A stretch of DNA of 63,137 nt, the filler included. It is 3 parts of 3 records of this genome, joined end to end, with 100 filler letters (N's around TTAATTAATTAA, not from the genome) between each part and the next. Parts side by side here need not be neighbours in the genome. Positions count along the whole stretch, not along the records: positions 1 to 26,552 come from SRR20825019_537; 2 more parts are not named here. The stretch is one strand, 5' to 3'. This document shows, piece by piece, positions 11,282-23,045 of the stretch (positions are counted from its first letter, which is position 1; each line of letters opens with the position of its first letter). The notes under the pieces are model-generated. The model saw nothing but the letters and a program-made list of their open reading frames with translations. It did no database searches and was not told where the DNA came from. A program made the position numbers and the translations under genes.

Positions 11282-11800
11282 ATGGCCGTCAAGAACTATC
11301 TCGTCGAGGGCAGCTCGGGCTCGGGTAAGACCTCAGTCGCTACCGAACTAGAACGGCGAGGCTATCATGCTGTTCACGGAGATCGTGTGCTGGCCTATCT
11401 GGGTGATCCAGAGACAGGAGCTCGTCTTGATCCACTCTTGATCGTTCAGCATCGCGGTAATCCGGAGTTCATTTCCCGACACCATATCTGGGATGTTGCC
11501 CAAGTTAAGGCGCTGATTGCAGACCAGAGCCAGCCAGCCAGTTTCTTCTGCGGCGGCTCGCGCAATTTTCATCAGTTTATTGATTTGTTCGATGCTGTTT
11601 TCGTTCTCGAGGTTGATGCGCAGACACTAAACCAACGTCTCGATGCCCGGCCAAACGAATGGGGTTCCGCACCCGCAGAACGGGCGCTGATCCTGCGACA
11701 ACTGGCGGCGCGGGAAGGCATTCCTGAAAATGCAATCAGCATCGACACCAAAGTACCCATCGCTGATGTAGTCGACGACATACTAGCGCACTGCAAGTGA
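11282..11800 (+). CDS. P-loop nucleoside/nucleotide kinase-like protein
   Basis: N-terminal GSSGSGKTS Walker A in a 172-aa protein. Confidence 0.75.
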   Translation: MAVKNYLVEGSSGSGKTSVATELERRGYHAVHGDRVLAYLGDPETGARLDPLLIVQHRGNPEFISRHHIWDVAQVKALIADQSQPASFFCGGSRNFHQFIDLFDAVFVLEVDAQTLNQRLDARPNEWGSAPAERALILRQLAAREGIPENAISIDTKVPIADVVDDILAHCK

Positions 11801-12099
11801 TGTTGGCACCTTTCAGGAAACGAGATTGCCGCTGCTAATGGCGGTTATTGGGTCGGTTCCGGGCCGGCGGGTTCTAAAGGCAGGCATAAGTGCTATTCAC
11901 GGTACCTTGAGGCTAATGGGGGGGCGCCACGATGCCGGCGACGTCGGAAGTCGGCCATACGGATCGATGACGCGCAGAGCGGGAACGTCCGGCCCATTCC
12001 ATTGCCAAAAGTGCGACGCAGCTTCCTCCAGGCGGCATGAAAGATGGATAGGCGACTCCATCAAAACCGGCACCAAAAATCGGCGATAGACATGATGCG

Positions 12100-12126
12100 G
12101 ATCCTGTCCCATAGCGTGGTGTAGCT
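12100..12126. mobile_element. possible IS256-type terminal remnant
   Basis: GATCCTGTCCCATAGCGTGGTGTAGCT resembles, from memory, alphaproteobacterial IS256-family ends; no transposase nearby. Confidence 0.3.
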
Positions 12127-12130
12127 GAGG

Positions 12131-12805
12131 CTAAAGCGCGCCCTGGATGTAGGTGGCCTTGAGGTAGAATTCCTTGGGTCCCTGAATGTGGCGGCGGATG
12201 ATCGCTGCTAGCTCATCGGGTGCGCCGCGCGCGATGGAATCGATCATGTCGAAGTGCTGGCCGATGGCGATTTCGCGCAACTCTTCGCTGGGAAAGGCGC
12301 GGGTGCGGATGGGATGGGTGGCAAAGGTATAATGCAGGATGGCATCGGCCAGTTGTTGGTTGCCGGCTGCGCGATACAGCACTTCGTGAAAATCATTGTT
12401 GAGTGAAAAGACGTCCGCATAGCGCTGGCTGCGTGAGGCCTCGCGGTGGCGTGTTGCTATATCGGTCAGTTGGGCGACCAGTTCCGGTCCGGCAGGGCGG
12501 TCGAAATGGGTAGCAGCTCGCGTTTCAAGGCATTCACGGATTTCATAGAGTTCTTCCACCTCGGCGATGGAATAGTCGCGTACCTGCACGCCCTTGTTGG
12601 GCTGGCGTGCCACCAGGCCCACCCGTTCCAATTCATCAAAGGCGCGTCGTACTGCATGGCGTGTCGCGCCTGTCCGCTCAATGATTTCGTCTTCGACCAG
12701 ACGTTCGCGCGGTCGCAGTTGCCCGGCAATGATCTGCCGCTGCAGGTCTCGATACACCCCGTCCCAGCTTTTGGCCTGTTCCGACAGTGACTTGGCAACC
12801 CGCAT
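12131..12805 (-). CDS. GntR (FadR/FCD) family regulator
   Basis: LRPRERLVE...TRHAVRRAF wHTH; NNDFHEVL and QHFDMIDSI in the FCD domain. Confidence 0.9.
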   Translation of the reverse strand: MRVAKSLSEQAKSWDGVYRDLQRQIIAGQLRPRERLVEDEIIERTGATRHAVRRAFDELERVGLVARQPNKGVQVRDYSIAEVEELYEIRECLETRAATHFDRPAGPELVAQLTDIATRHREASRSQRYADVFSLNNDFHEVLYRAAGNQQLADAILHYTFATHPIRTRAFPSEELREIAIGQHFDMIDSIARGAPDELAAIIRRHIQGPKEFYLKATYIQGAL

Positions 12806-12872
12806 GCGGTCCTCGAATCCGTGCTTTCGTAGCTCGCAATCTAGCCAATTCTTCACAGCCATACAATCATCG

Positions 12873-12889
12873 TTGACATTATCGATAAT
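12873..12889. promoter_or_regulatory. TTGACA -35 box overlapping palindrome ATTATCGATAAT; candidate GntR operator
   Basis: Perfect 12-bp palindrome at 12878-12889 in the divergent gntR/atuA intergenic region. Confidence 0.5.
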
Positions 12890-12923
12890 CATGCCGATGA
12901 TAATGACGATCAGGGAGGTCGTC

Positions 12924-14288
12924 GTGTATCGAATAGGCAGTGGCGCTGGATTTTCGGGTGACCGCATCGACGCCCCGCAATCGGTGGTGGCGGCAATTGC
13001 TGCTGCTGGCGAGGGTGGTGCCGTGATTTTCGAAACCCTGGGCGAGCGCACTCTGGCCTTAGGTCAGATAGCCAAGCGACAGGATTCCCGGCGCGGCTTT
13101 GAGCCGCTGCTTGAGGACTTTCTGGAACCGATCCTGGCGCAATGTATCGCCTCGGGGATCATCATTGTCGGCAATTTTGGTCAGGCCAATCCACCTGCTG
13201 CGGCCCACGCCGTTCAGGACATGGCGGCCCGGTTGGGTCTGGGCCCGGTTCGGGTCGCCATTGTTACAGGCGACGACCTTGTCGGCAGGGTGGACCTGTC
13301 CCAGTCCGAGCGTTGGGACGGCGACGAGCGTCTCCCGACGTTCGACGGCGACGTCATTGCCGTCAATGCCTATTTGGGCGCTGGAGCCATTGCCGATGCA
13401 ATCCGAGCCGGTGCGCAGGTCGTGGTGACAGGGCGCGTGGCGGATCCCGCATTGGCCCTGGGTCCACTAGTGGCCCACTTCAACTGGTCCTGGGACGATC
13501 TGGACCGAGTTGCTGCTGGAACTCTGGTTGGACACTTGCTCGAATGTGGTTCTCAGGTTTCAGGCGGATTTTTTGCCGACCCCGGCTACAAGGATGTTCC
13601 CGGCACTGCTGATATTGGTTTTCCCATCGCCGAAGTCGATGCTGATGGCAGCTTCGTCATCACCAAAGCCGACAGCACTGGCGGGGTTGTCGACCTGCGT
13701 ACGGTCAAGGAGCAACTGCTCTACGAAATTCATGACCCTGCGGCATACCTCACCCCGGATGTAACGCTGGACATCACCAGTGTCGAATTGGAGCAGGTCG
13801 GGCCCGACCGCGTGCGGGTCACTGGCGCGCGCGGTCATGAAGCGCCGCGCAAGCTTAAGGCGACTGTCAGCTATTATGGCGACTGGCTGGGCGAGGCCGA
13901 GATTTCCTATGCCGGTCCCAATGCTCTGGCGCGGGCGCGCCTGGCCATCACCACTATCAATGAGCGGGTGCGCCATCGGGACCTGCCGGTGCGGCATCGG
14001 GCAGACATTATCGGTGCGGTCAGCGCCTTCGACAGTGATGAAGGCGACTTGCTGACCGGCTTCGACGACACCCCGACAGGGGACTACCGCGTGCGCTTTG
14101 CTTTTGGCGGCAATTGCCAGCGTGACGTCGAGCGCGCCGTGCAGGAAGTGAATGCGCTATATTGCTGCGGCCCGGCGGGTGGTGGCGGTGTGCGCTCGAG
14201 CTTGCGCCCGCGCGTCAGGACGCTGTCGCATATGGTGCCGCGCGACCTAGTGAATATGGGGTTCCACTTTGCCGGAGGCGGACAATGA
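12924..14288 (+). CDS. acyclic terpene utilization AtuA family protein (DUF1446)
   Basis: RIGSGAGFSGDR, ETLGERT, VVTGRVADP, GHLLECG and EQLLYEIHDP; GGAGG RBS before GTG 12924. Confidence 0.9.
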   Translation: MYRIGSGAGFSGDRIDAPQSVVAAIAAAGEGGAVIFETLGERTLALGQIAKRQDSRRGFEPLLEDFLEPILAQCIASGIIIVGNFGQANPPAAAHAVQDMAARLGLGPVRVAIVTGDDLVGRVDLSQSERWDGDERLPTFDGDVIAVNAYLGAGAIADAIRAGAQVVVTGRVADPALALGPLVAHFNWSWDDLDRVAAGTLVGHLLECGSQVSGGFFADPGYKDVPGTADIGFPIAEVDADGSFVITKADSTGGVVDLRTVKEQLLYEIHDPAAYLTPDVTLDITSVELEQVGPDRVRVTGARGHEAPRKLKATVSYYGDWLGEAEISYAGPNALARARLAITTINERVRHRDLPVRHRADIIGAVSAFDSDEGDLLTGFDDTPTGDYRVRFAFGGNCQRDVERAVQEVNALYCCGPAGGGGVRSSLRPRVRTLSHMVPRDLVNMGFHFAGGGQ

Positions 14289-14665
14289 CCGGCTCTGTTC
14301 GCAAGGTCAGCCTGCACGAAATCGCCCATGGTCGCTCGGGCGACAAGGGTAACCGGCTCAACGTCAACATCATCGCCTATGAGCCGCATCACTGGCCGGT
14401 ATTGCTGGCCGAAGTGACGGTGGAGCGGGTTGCTGCGCTGTTCGCCCACCGCGGTGTCACAAAGGTCACGCGCTATGAGCTGCCGCGGCTGGGTGCGCTC
14501 AATTTCGTCATCGAGGATGCTCTCGAAGGCGGCGTCAATTCAAGCCTTGGCGTGGATACCCACGGCAAGTGCCTGAGCTATCTGGTGCTCGGATTGGAGA
14601 TTCAGGTGCCCGTCGAACCAGGCGCGGCGTCAACGGCATCGTCTGTGCTGCAAACCGCCCGCTAG
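14285..14665 (+). CDS. AtuA C-terminal-like small protein
   Basis: HGRSGDKGN...ALNFVI...LEGGV...DTHGK; overlaps the atuA stop. Confidence 0.85.
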   Translation: MTGSVRKVSLHEIAHGRSGDKGNRLNVNIIAYEPHHWPVLLAEVTVERVAALFAHRGVTKVTRYELPRLGALNFVIEDALEGGVNSSLGVDTHGKCLSYLVLGLEIQVPVEPGAASTASSVLQTAR

Positions 14666-14687
14666 GGGCAAAAAGGGAGGAATAGGA

Positions 14688-16256
14688 ATGAAACTGAACA
14701 CACTTATGCGAGGGGCACTGTTGGTGGGGTCGTCATTGGCTGCCGTTGTCGCCCAGCCGGTCATGGCGCAGGAATTTCCACAGGGTGGCACATTGCGCAT
14801 CGGTATTTCGCAGATGGCACCATCGCCCGATCCGGTCGTCACCACATTTGGTGTCAACTGGGCCACGGCCGGTGTCATCTGCGAAGGCCTGTTCGCGCTT
14901 GACGAGAGCTGGACGCCGCAGCCGATGCTGGCCGACAGCTTCGCCTATAGCGAGGACGGCACGAGCCTTACCGTCACCCTGCGCGATGGGCTGAAGTTCC
15001 ATTCGGGCGCCGCGCTGACCTCGGCTGACGTGGTGACTTCACTCGAACGCTTCCGGGAATCGGCGGGCATTGGCGCCGCTTTCAAGGGCGCTGTCTCGGC
15101 CATCACCGCACCGGATGACAAGACGATCGTGTTTGAGCTGGCTTCGCCCTCCCCAATCGTGCCGGGGCTGCTTGCCGGCACTCAGGCCGTGATCATGTCT
15201 TCCGCTTCGCTGGCAGGCGCTTCGCCCACCGAGGCGACGCGCGGCCTCGATTGCACCGGACCATACACTTTGGCCGAATACCAACCGGACCAAGGTGTCA
15301 CCATGACCCGATGGGACGAATATGCGTCGCGCAGCGAACCCAGTTCCAGCGCTTCGGGCATGAAGCACGCCTATGCGGATCAGATCATCTTCCGCCTGAT
15401 GCCAGAAGCCTCGGTGCGTCGCGACTCACTGATCACGGGCGAAATCGACATCGCCAATGAATTGCCGAGTGATTTCTATGACGCTTTGCAGAACGACCCC
15501 AATACCGAAGCGGTGGTGGTCGCCAACAACCAGTCTCTGACCGTGGTGTTCAACACCAGGGATGGCGTGGCCGCCGATGTCAACTTGCGCCGGGCCATCT
15601 ACCATGCACTGGAGATGGAGCCCATCATGCTCGCCTCGGTCGGCAATCCTGAATTCTATACCCTCGACCCGAGCTGGATTCCCGATCCCAACTCATTCTG
15701 GTACACCACGGCAGGCGTACCCGAAGGCTTCGGAACCCCCGATCCCGACAAAGTGGCAGAATACCTCGCCGCTTCTGACTATGACGGCGAGCCGATTCGC
15801 TGGCTCGTGGCGTCCGAGCAGTATCAGAAGCACTTCCTGACCGCGATCACCGCCTCGCAGATGCTCGAGGAATACGGCATCAATGTCGAAATCGTGGAAT
15901 CGCCCATGGCCAACTATATCCAGGCCCGCGCCGATGACAGCCAGATGGACGCCTTCTCAAGCTTCCTCCCGACCTATGTCGATCCGACCTCGATCGCCTA
16001 TCTCAACGCCAGCTATCCCGGCTTCTGGGAAGACCCCGAAAAAATGGCGCTGATGCAGGAAATCGCCACCACCATCGACCCAGACGCTCGCAAGGTCATC
16101 TTCGAGAAGATCCATGCGCTGGCCTACGATCAGTTCCCGTTCATCAAGTACGGCACCGAGTCCAACATGTACGGCATTCGCGTTGGTGTAGGGAACCCGG
16201 CTCGTATCCCGTCGCGTTCGGGCGACTTCTACAACGTCGCCCCACCGCAGAGCTGA
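14688..16256 (+). CDS. peptide/nickel ABC transporter substrate-binding protein (family 5)
   Basis: Signal peptide, LRDGLKFHSG, TGPY motifs. Confidence 0.9.
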   Translation: MKLNTLMRGALLVGSSLAAVVAQPVMAQEFPQGGTLRIGISQMAPSPDPVVTTFGVNWATAGVICEGLFALDESWTPQPMLADSFAYSEDGTSLTVTLRDGLKFHSGAALTSADVVTSLERFRESAGIGAAFKGAVSAITAPDDKTIVFELASPSPIVPGLLAGTQAVIMSSASLAGASPTEATRGLDCTGPYTLAEYQPDQGVTMTRWDEYASRSEPSSSASGMKHAYADQIIFRLMPEASVRRDSLITGEIDIANELPSDFYDALQNDPNTEAVVVANNQSLTVVFNTRDGVAADVNLRRAIYHALEMEPIMLASVGNPEFYTLDPSWIPDPNSFWYTTAGVPEGFGTPDPDKVAEYLAASDYDGEPIRWLVASEQYQKHFLTAITASQMLEEYGINVEIVESPMANYIQARADDSQMDAFSSFLPTYVDPTSIAYLNASYPGFWEDPEKMALMQEIATTIDPDARKVIFEKIHALAYDQFPFIKYGTESNMYGIRVGVGNPARIPSRSGDFYNVAPPQS

Positions 16257-16259
16257 TCA

Positions 16260-17162
16260 ATGACCCTGAACCAGGCGACAGCTCCCGACCGCCTGTCCGG
16301 TGGTGACGAAGAGGTCTTCGTCACCACCAACAAGTCGGTCTGGCAGAGGCTATTGGCCAATCCAACGGCGATGGCCTCGATCATCATGCTGGCCATCCTT
16401 GCGCTCAGCGCGGTGCTTGCACCCTTGCTGGGGCCGGGCAATCCGCTGCGAGTCAGTCCTGCCGACCGGTTCATTCCCCCCGGTGCCGAACATCTGTTCG
16501 GCACCGACAATCTGGGGCGCGACATGTTCAAGATGGTTTTGCATGGTGGCCGCACCTCACTGTTTGTCGGGCTGGTCGTGACGGTCATCTCGATGTCCAT
16601 CGCCGTCGTTCTGGGCGCCATTTCCGGCTTTTACCGCCAGGTCGATGTGGTGCTGATGCGTCTGGTGGATGGTCTCATGGCCTTTCCCGGTATCGTGCTG
16701 GCCACCGCTGCTGCCGGCATCATGGGCCCTTCGATGACTACCGTGATTACATCCCTCTCCATCGTTCTCATCGCCCCGTCCTTGCGCATCGTGCGCGGAC
16801 AGGTCCTGGTGGTGCGCGAACTGCAGATGATCGAGGCGGCGCGCGCTGTTGGCGTGCCCACGCTGCGTCTGTTCACCCGATATATCTTGCCGGCCGTCAG
16901 CTCCCCGATACTTGTGCAGGCCTCGTTCATTTTTTCGGCCGCGGTGCTCGGTGAGGCCGGACTGAGTTTCATCGGCGTGGGCATCGGCCCCAAGGAACTC
17001 AGTTGGGGCAATGCGCTGACCGAGGCGCGCAATTACATCGCCCAGGCACCCTGGATCGTCCTGTTCCCCGGCCTGGCGCTGATGCTCACCATCCTCGCGC
17101 TCAATCTTCTGGGTGACAGCCTGCGCGATATTCTCGATCCTCGCCTGGCACGGAGGCGCTGA
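16260..17162 (+). CDS. peptide ABC permease (DppC-like)
   Basis: HLFGTDNLGRD, EAARAVG, LGDSLRDILDPR. Confidence 0.92.
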   Translation: MTLNQATAPDRLSGGDEEVFVTTNKSVWQRLLANPTAMASIIMLAILALSAVLAPLLGPGNPLRVSPADRFIPPGAEHLFGTDNLGRDMFKMVLHGGRTSLFVGLVVTVISMSIAVVLGAISGFYRQVDVVLMRLVDGLMAFPGIVLATAAAGIMGPSMTTVITSLSIVLIAPSLRIVRGQVLVVRELQMIEAARAVGVPTLRLFTRYILPAVSSPILVQASFIFSAAVLGEAGLSFIGVGIGPKELSWGNALTEARNYIAQAPWIVLFPGLALMLTILALNLLGDSLRDILDPRLARRR

Positions 17163-17163
17163 C

Positions 17164-18108
17164 ATGCTGCGCTATCTCGGAAAACGCTTCCTGCTCATCC
17201 TTCCCACGATCTTCGTGCCGCTGATCCTGGTGTTCCTGCTGCTACGGCTGTCACCGGGCGATCCGGCAGGCATGATGCTGGGCGATCAGGCAACCACCGA
17301 CCAGATTGCGGCATTGCGCAATCAGCTTGGTCTCGACCAACCGATCTGGGTGCAGTTCCTGCTCTGGCTCAAGGGGATTGTGACGCTCAATTTGGGCGAT
17401 TCCATCTTCTTCCGCGAGCCGGTGATGCAGATCATCCCGCGCTATGCCGGGGTGACGATCATGCTCACCCTGGTCGCGCTGTTGTTGGCCGTTGCCATCG
17501 GCGTGACCATGGGCTTGGTCTCTGCCATGAACCGCAACAAGCCTATCGACCGGGGCGTGGTAACCACGGCAGTCCTGGGCATTTCCCTGCCCGAGTTCTG
17601 GTTTGCGTTGCTGCTGATTTTCATCTTCGCGGTGACGCTGCGCTGGTTCCCGGTGGCTGGCTACAACCCGCCATCGGCAGGGGTGATTGCCTTTGCATCG
17701 ACTATCTTCCTGCCGGCCCTGGCGCTCGGTGTCCGCCAGTCGGCGCTGATGACCCGCATGATGCGTTCATCCATGCTCGATGTGCTCAACGAGCCCTATA
17801 TTACCACCGCACGGGCGCAGGGCCTGCCGGAAAGCAAGGTCATTGGCCAATATGCCATGCGCACCGCCGCCATGCCGGTGGTGACCGTGGCGGGACTTTC
17901 CGCAGGCTATATGCTGGGTGGGGCCGTCGCCATCGAGATTATCTTCGCATTGCCCGGCCTGGGGCGCATGCTGGTCGAGGCCGTCGGACGGCGCGACTAC
18001 CCTCTGGTCGAGGGCGGCGTTTTGACCATTTCGCTGGTCCTGGCGGTCCTCAACCTCGCCATAGACCTCATTTATGCCATTCTTGACCCCCGGATCCGCT
18101 ACCAATGA
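17164..18108 (+). CDS. peptide ABC permease (DppB-like)
   Basis: PGDPA, LGLDQP, TARAQGL, DLIYAILDPRIR. Confidence 0.92.
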   Translation: MLRYLGKRFLLILPTIFVPLILVFLLLRLSPGDPAGMMLGDQATTDQIAALRNQLGLDQPIWVQFLLWLKGIVTLNLGDSIFFREPVMQIIPRYAGVTIMLTLVALLLAVAIGVTMGLVSAMNRNKPIDRGVVTTAVLGISLPEFWFALLLIFIFAVTLRWFPVAGYNPPSAGVIAFASTIFLPALALGVRQSALMTRMMRSSMLDVLNEPYITTARAQGLPESKVIGQYAMRTAAMPVVTVAGLSAGYMLGGAVAIEIIFALPGLGRMLVEAVGRRDYPLVEGGVLTISLVLAVLNLAIDLIYAILDPRIRYQ

Positions 18109-19120
18109 CCGCGCACCCCATTCCGCTGCCGGCCGATCACGTCGCCCCGGTTTCGCAGGCCCGCACTGTTCTGGAGGTCGACAATCTTGGCCTGTCCCTG
18201 CGCAATGCCGACGGTCTTCTGCCTATTGTCACTGACATCTCCTTTGCCATCAAGGAGGGTGAGGCCGTCGCGCTGGTGGGTGAAAGTGGTTGCGGCAAGT
18301 CCATCACGGCGTCCGCCATCATGGGGATTGCGCCCGAGAACGCCGTCATCACCGGCACCATCACCCTCAATGGCAAGGTCATTTCGGGTCTGTCGCCCAA
18401 GGAGCGTCGTCGTCTTTGCGGCCGGCATATGGGTTTCATTTTCCAGGAGCCGATGACGGCGCTGCATCCCACGCTCTCCATTGGCCGGCAGATGACCGAC
18501 ACGCTGCGACACAATCTGGGGCTGGGCCATGCCGAGGCGACCAATCGCGCGGCCGAACTGCTCGACCGGGTCGGCATTCCGCGTGCTCGCGATATCCTGA
18601 AGGGTTATGTGCATGAACTTTCGGGCGGCATGCGACAGCGAGTAATGATCGCACTGGCCATCTCCTGCGGCCCCTCATTGATCATCGCCGATGAGCCGAC
18701 CACGGCGCTCGATGTGACCATCCAGGCCCAGGTGCTCGACCTGCTTGACGATATGCGCCGCGAACTCAATCTGGCCATGCTGTTCATCTCCCACGACCTC
18801 GAAGTGGTGGGCGATTTCTGCGAGAAGGCGGTGGTGATGTATGCCGGTGATGTGGTTGAGCGGGGGCTCAGTGCCGATATCGTCAGCGCCCCGACCCATC
18901 CCTATGCGCGAGGCCTGATCGACGCCGTTCCGGCCCATGACGATGGCCGCACAAGGCTGACCCCCATCCTGGGGACCGTGCCTCCGGTCGGGCAATGGCC
19001 TGAGGGGTGTCGCTTCGCGCCGCGCTGCACTCGCGCCGATGCGCAGTGCAACAGCCGTCCGGCGCTCGAACGGCACGGCCAGACCGATGCCCGCTGTTGG
19101 CACCCGCTGGAGGGCAATCG

Positions 19121-19124
<4 letters not shown>
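18105..19124 (+). CDS. peptide ABC ATPase (DppD-like)
   Basis: GESGCGKS, LSGGMRQR, DEPTTALD and C-terminal GCRFAPRC. Confidence 0.93.
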
Positions 19125-20061
<937 letters not shown>

Positions 20062-20065
<4 letters not shown>

Positions 20066-21492
20066 ACAGGCCCACAGCTGTCGATGTGCGCAGCGGTCAG
20101 GCGACCTATCGTGGGTTGCGGGATGCGAGAGGCGACCGGTTCCTGGGTGTCCGCTATGCGGAGGCGCCTATAGGGGATCGCCGGTTCAAGCCGCCGGTCC
20201 CGCTGGAAAACACCGGCCTGGTGGATGTCTCGCACTATCGGTCTGCCCCGCCCCAGACGGTCCGTCGCGCGCCGGATTGGGCGCCGCAGGGCGATGGCTT
20301 TGAAACCGGAGAGGATTGCCTGAACCTTAACGTCTATACGCCTGCGGCCGATGACAAGCGGCGACCGGTGATCGTCCACGCCTTTGGTGGTGGCTTCCAG
20401 AGTGGCGCGGCCCAGGGCGGGTTTCTCGATGAGGCAGGCTTTGCACAGGACAACGACGTCGTGCTGGTGCGGCCCAATATGCGGGTGGGGGCGCTGGGAT
20501 TCCTGCATCTGGCAGGAGCTTTCGGTCCAGAATACGCTGCTGCCAATCGCGGCATGCTGGACTTCATCGCGGTCCTGAACTGGGTGCACGACAATATCGC
20601 CGCTTTCGGCGGCGACCCCGGTAACGTTACGCTGGTCGGCATGTCCTCGGGCGCCTTCACCATTTCGGCATTGTTCGGCGTTGATGGTCTGGCTCATCTC
20701 TACCGCCGGGTCTGGCTGATGAGCGGTCCGGCCAGCCGCATCATCGCCCCCGAAACCGCTGCTGACCTGGCCGGAGATTTTCTGGAGCGCACTGATGTGA
20801 CGCCGGGTGACGAGAACGCACTGCGCGCGCTGGCGGTCGAAACCATCCTTTCGGTTCAGGAGCAGGTGCTGGCCACCCATCTGGGCGAACGCAACGCCCC
20901 TGGCGGGCGCACATTCGGCATTGTTCTTGATGGAACCAGTCTGCAGCGCCACCCGCTTGACGGGCTCGCCTCAGGCCGCTTCAAACACCATCAGATCGTC
21001 ACAGGCTGGACACGTGACGAGGCGCGTATGTGGTATGCATTCGGTATGATGCCTGAGCTGAAAGACCGCGACGCCCTGCTGGCGTCAATCGCCCGGTTCT
21101 ACCCGAATAGTCCTGAAGACAAGTTGGCGGCTCTGGAAACAGAAACTCCTGGGCTGACGTTTACCGAGTATGAGGAACGCTTCCTGTCGCGGGCGATCTA
21201 TCGGGACCCGGCGCTGAAGACGCTTGCCGTGCACCAGGCCAGTGGGGGAGCGGGCTTTGGCTATGAGTTCGCCTGGGTGCCTGGCTTCCAGAATGGCCGC
21301 TTGGGTGCAGCACATGGTTTGGATGAAGCCTTTGTCTTCGGTCAGCTTGATCGCGTGCCGTTGGCACAAAATGATGAGCGAGCGCCTCTGCTCGCAGGTG
21401 AAATGTCCCGCGCGCTAATCGATTTTGCGCGGGCAGGGGAGCCCGGTTGGGAAGTCCACGACACAGAGCGAAATCTGACAACCTTTGGCTAG
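20062..21492 (+). CDS. type-B carboxylesterase
   Basis: EDCLNLNVYTP, FGGDPGNVTLVGMSSG nucleophile elbow, GAAHGLD catalytic His. Confidence 0.9.
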
Positions 21493-21690
21493 AGGACTTC
21501 TGGGGCTGTTCCTGGTGCGAGCCATGCCAACGATCGTGGCTTTGAAGCGCCGGCGCATTCCCGCCGTTCGGCCAACGTCGGCGATTTCCAAAAAGCGAAC
21601 ATCTTGACCTTGGGGTCGTCAGCATGTCTGCTTCTGGACAGAAGTCGTTGAACACCAAGCGTCTGCAAGGGGATCGACATCTGACGGTCG

Positions 21691-22914
21691 TTAACGCGCC
21701 CCAATACGCAGATCAGAATGGTCAGGCGGGCTTCCTGTCAGCTGCCGTCCCTGCCTTGGAAGGAGCAGATCAAACGCCAGAGCCGATGCCCCCTTGATCC
21801 CTGTCAGGTTGTGATCGCGGGTCGCCGATATGCGCAATTGGGCGGAAATGGCGGGTGGTGTACGCTGCGCGAGGCTCTCGCGGATGCCTGCAATGACGTG
21901 ATCGCCGATCTGGGCGACATTGCCGCCGACGCTGATCAGCGAGGGAGCCAGGCCGACCACGAGCCCGGTAATGGCCTCGCCGATATGCCTGCCGGCCTGC
22001 CGGAGAGCGACGATGGCGTCGGTGTCGCCGGACAGCACGAGCTCGCGCAGCTTTTCCACACTGGTGACAGGGCGCGTTGCTGTCGAAATCGAGCGCATCA
22101 GGGCTGGATTGGAGGCGACATTGGCCAGGCACCCGCGATTGCCGCATATGCAGGGCGTGTCGCCGCCGGCTGCCACGGGAATGTGACCCACCTCGCCCGC
22201 CCAGCCCCCAATGCCGCGATGCAACTGGCCGGAAAAGACCAGCCCTGCCCCGATGCCGGTTTCGACCAGTAGAAAAAGAACCGAGTCGGCGTCCCGATTC
22301 TCAAGCTGAACACCCAGGGCCATGATGTTGGCGTCGTTCTCTACAGCGACCTTCATGCCAAAATGTGCGGTAAAGTCGGAGGGCAGTACACCGACTTTTG
22401 ACCAGGGCACGGTGCGTCGCATATCGGAGACGGGACCGGGTACACCAACGATCATGGCCCGGATGATATCGCGGTCGATGCCGTGCCTGCGCGTCATGTT
22501 TTCGAGCATGTCGTCGAGCGTCTGAACTGCCCCTTCCGGGCCGGGCTCGGGGGGGAGCTCCCGGGCCTCCCAGGCCAGCACGGCGCCATCCAGGCTGCAA
22601 ATAGCCGCGCCGACCTGCTCGGCGTTGAAACGTGCGACGAAATTGAGCGATGCCAGGGTGTTGAGCCTGTAGCTGCTGGACGGTCGGCCGCGGCCAATGG
22701 GGGCCTCAGAGTTCTCCAATGCCCAGCCGGAGGACAGTAATCTCTCCAGTTTCGTGGTCACCGTATTGCGTGACCAGCCGGTCCATTGCGCGAGTTCTGC
22801 CCGCCCCATTTCGCCGTGGTGCAACGCCCGCAACAGCGCTCGGTCATCGTCGTCGAGGTTATCGAGCGGAGCAGCGGAAACCGGGAGCACGGTGACGGTC
22901 ATGGTACGGCGCAT
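21691..22914 (-). CDS. ROK family transcriptional regulator
   Basis: N-terminal HTH, GRGRP, VENDAN, GIGAG and GEVGH...CICGNRGCL. Confidence 0.92.
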   Translation of the reverse strand: MRRTMTVTVLPVSAAPLDNLDDDDRALLRALHHGEMGRAELAQWTGWSRNTVTTKLERLLSSGWALENSEAPIGRGRPSSSYRLNTLASLNFVARFNAEQVGAAICSLDGAVLAWEARELPPEPGPEGAVQTLDDMLENMTRRHGIDRDIIRAMIVGVPGPVSDMRRTVPWSKVGVLPSDFTAHFGMKVAVENDANIMALGVQLENRDADSVLFLLVETGIGAGLVFSGQLHRGIGGWAGEVGHIPVAAGGDTPCICGNRGCLANVASNPALMRSISTATRPVTSVEKLRELVLSGDTDAIVALRQAGRHIGEAITGLVVGLAPSLISVGGNVAQIGDHVIAGIRESLAQRTPPAISAQLRISATRDHNLTGIKGASALAFDLLLPRQGRQLTGSPPDHSDLRIGAR

Positions 22915-22920
22915 CCTTAA

Positions 22921-22970
22921 ATGTCAATGTTGACATATTAAAATCAGTATTGACATCAAATTGTCAACAT
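22921..22970. promoter_or_regulatory. cluster of TTGACA/TGTCAA inverted repeats in the divergent ROK/ABC promoter
   Basis: ATGTCAA-TG-TTGACAT (22921-22936) and TTGACA-N6-TGTCAA (22950-22967). Confidence 0.55.
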
Positions 22971-23045
22971 GTCTCTTATTTCAGTCAATCGGTTCCTAAA
23001 GCCTCTAACTGAGCTGCCCGGCGCCGACAATGGAGGAAACATCAC

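Noticed and set aside
21495-21690. attC-like or cassette-border sequence, similar in feel to 11830-11890 and 38520-38555
   Set aside because: No clear shared repeat or R/L box structure could be aligned by eye
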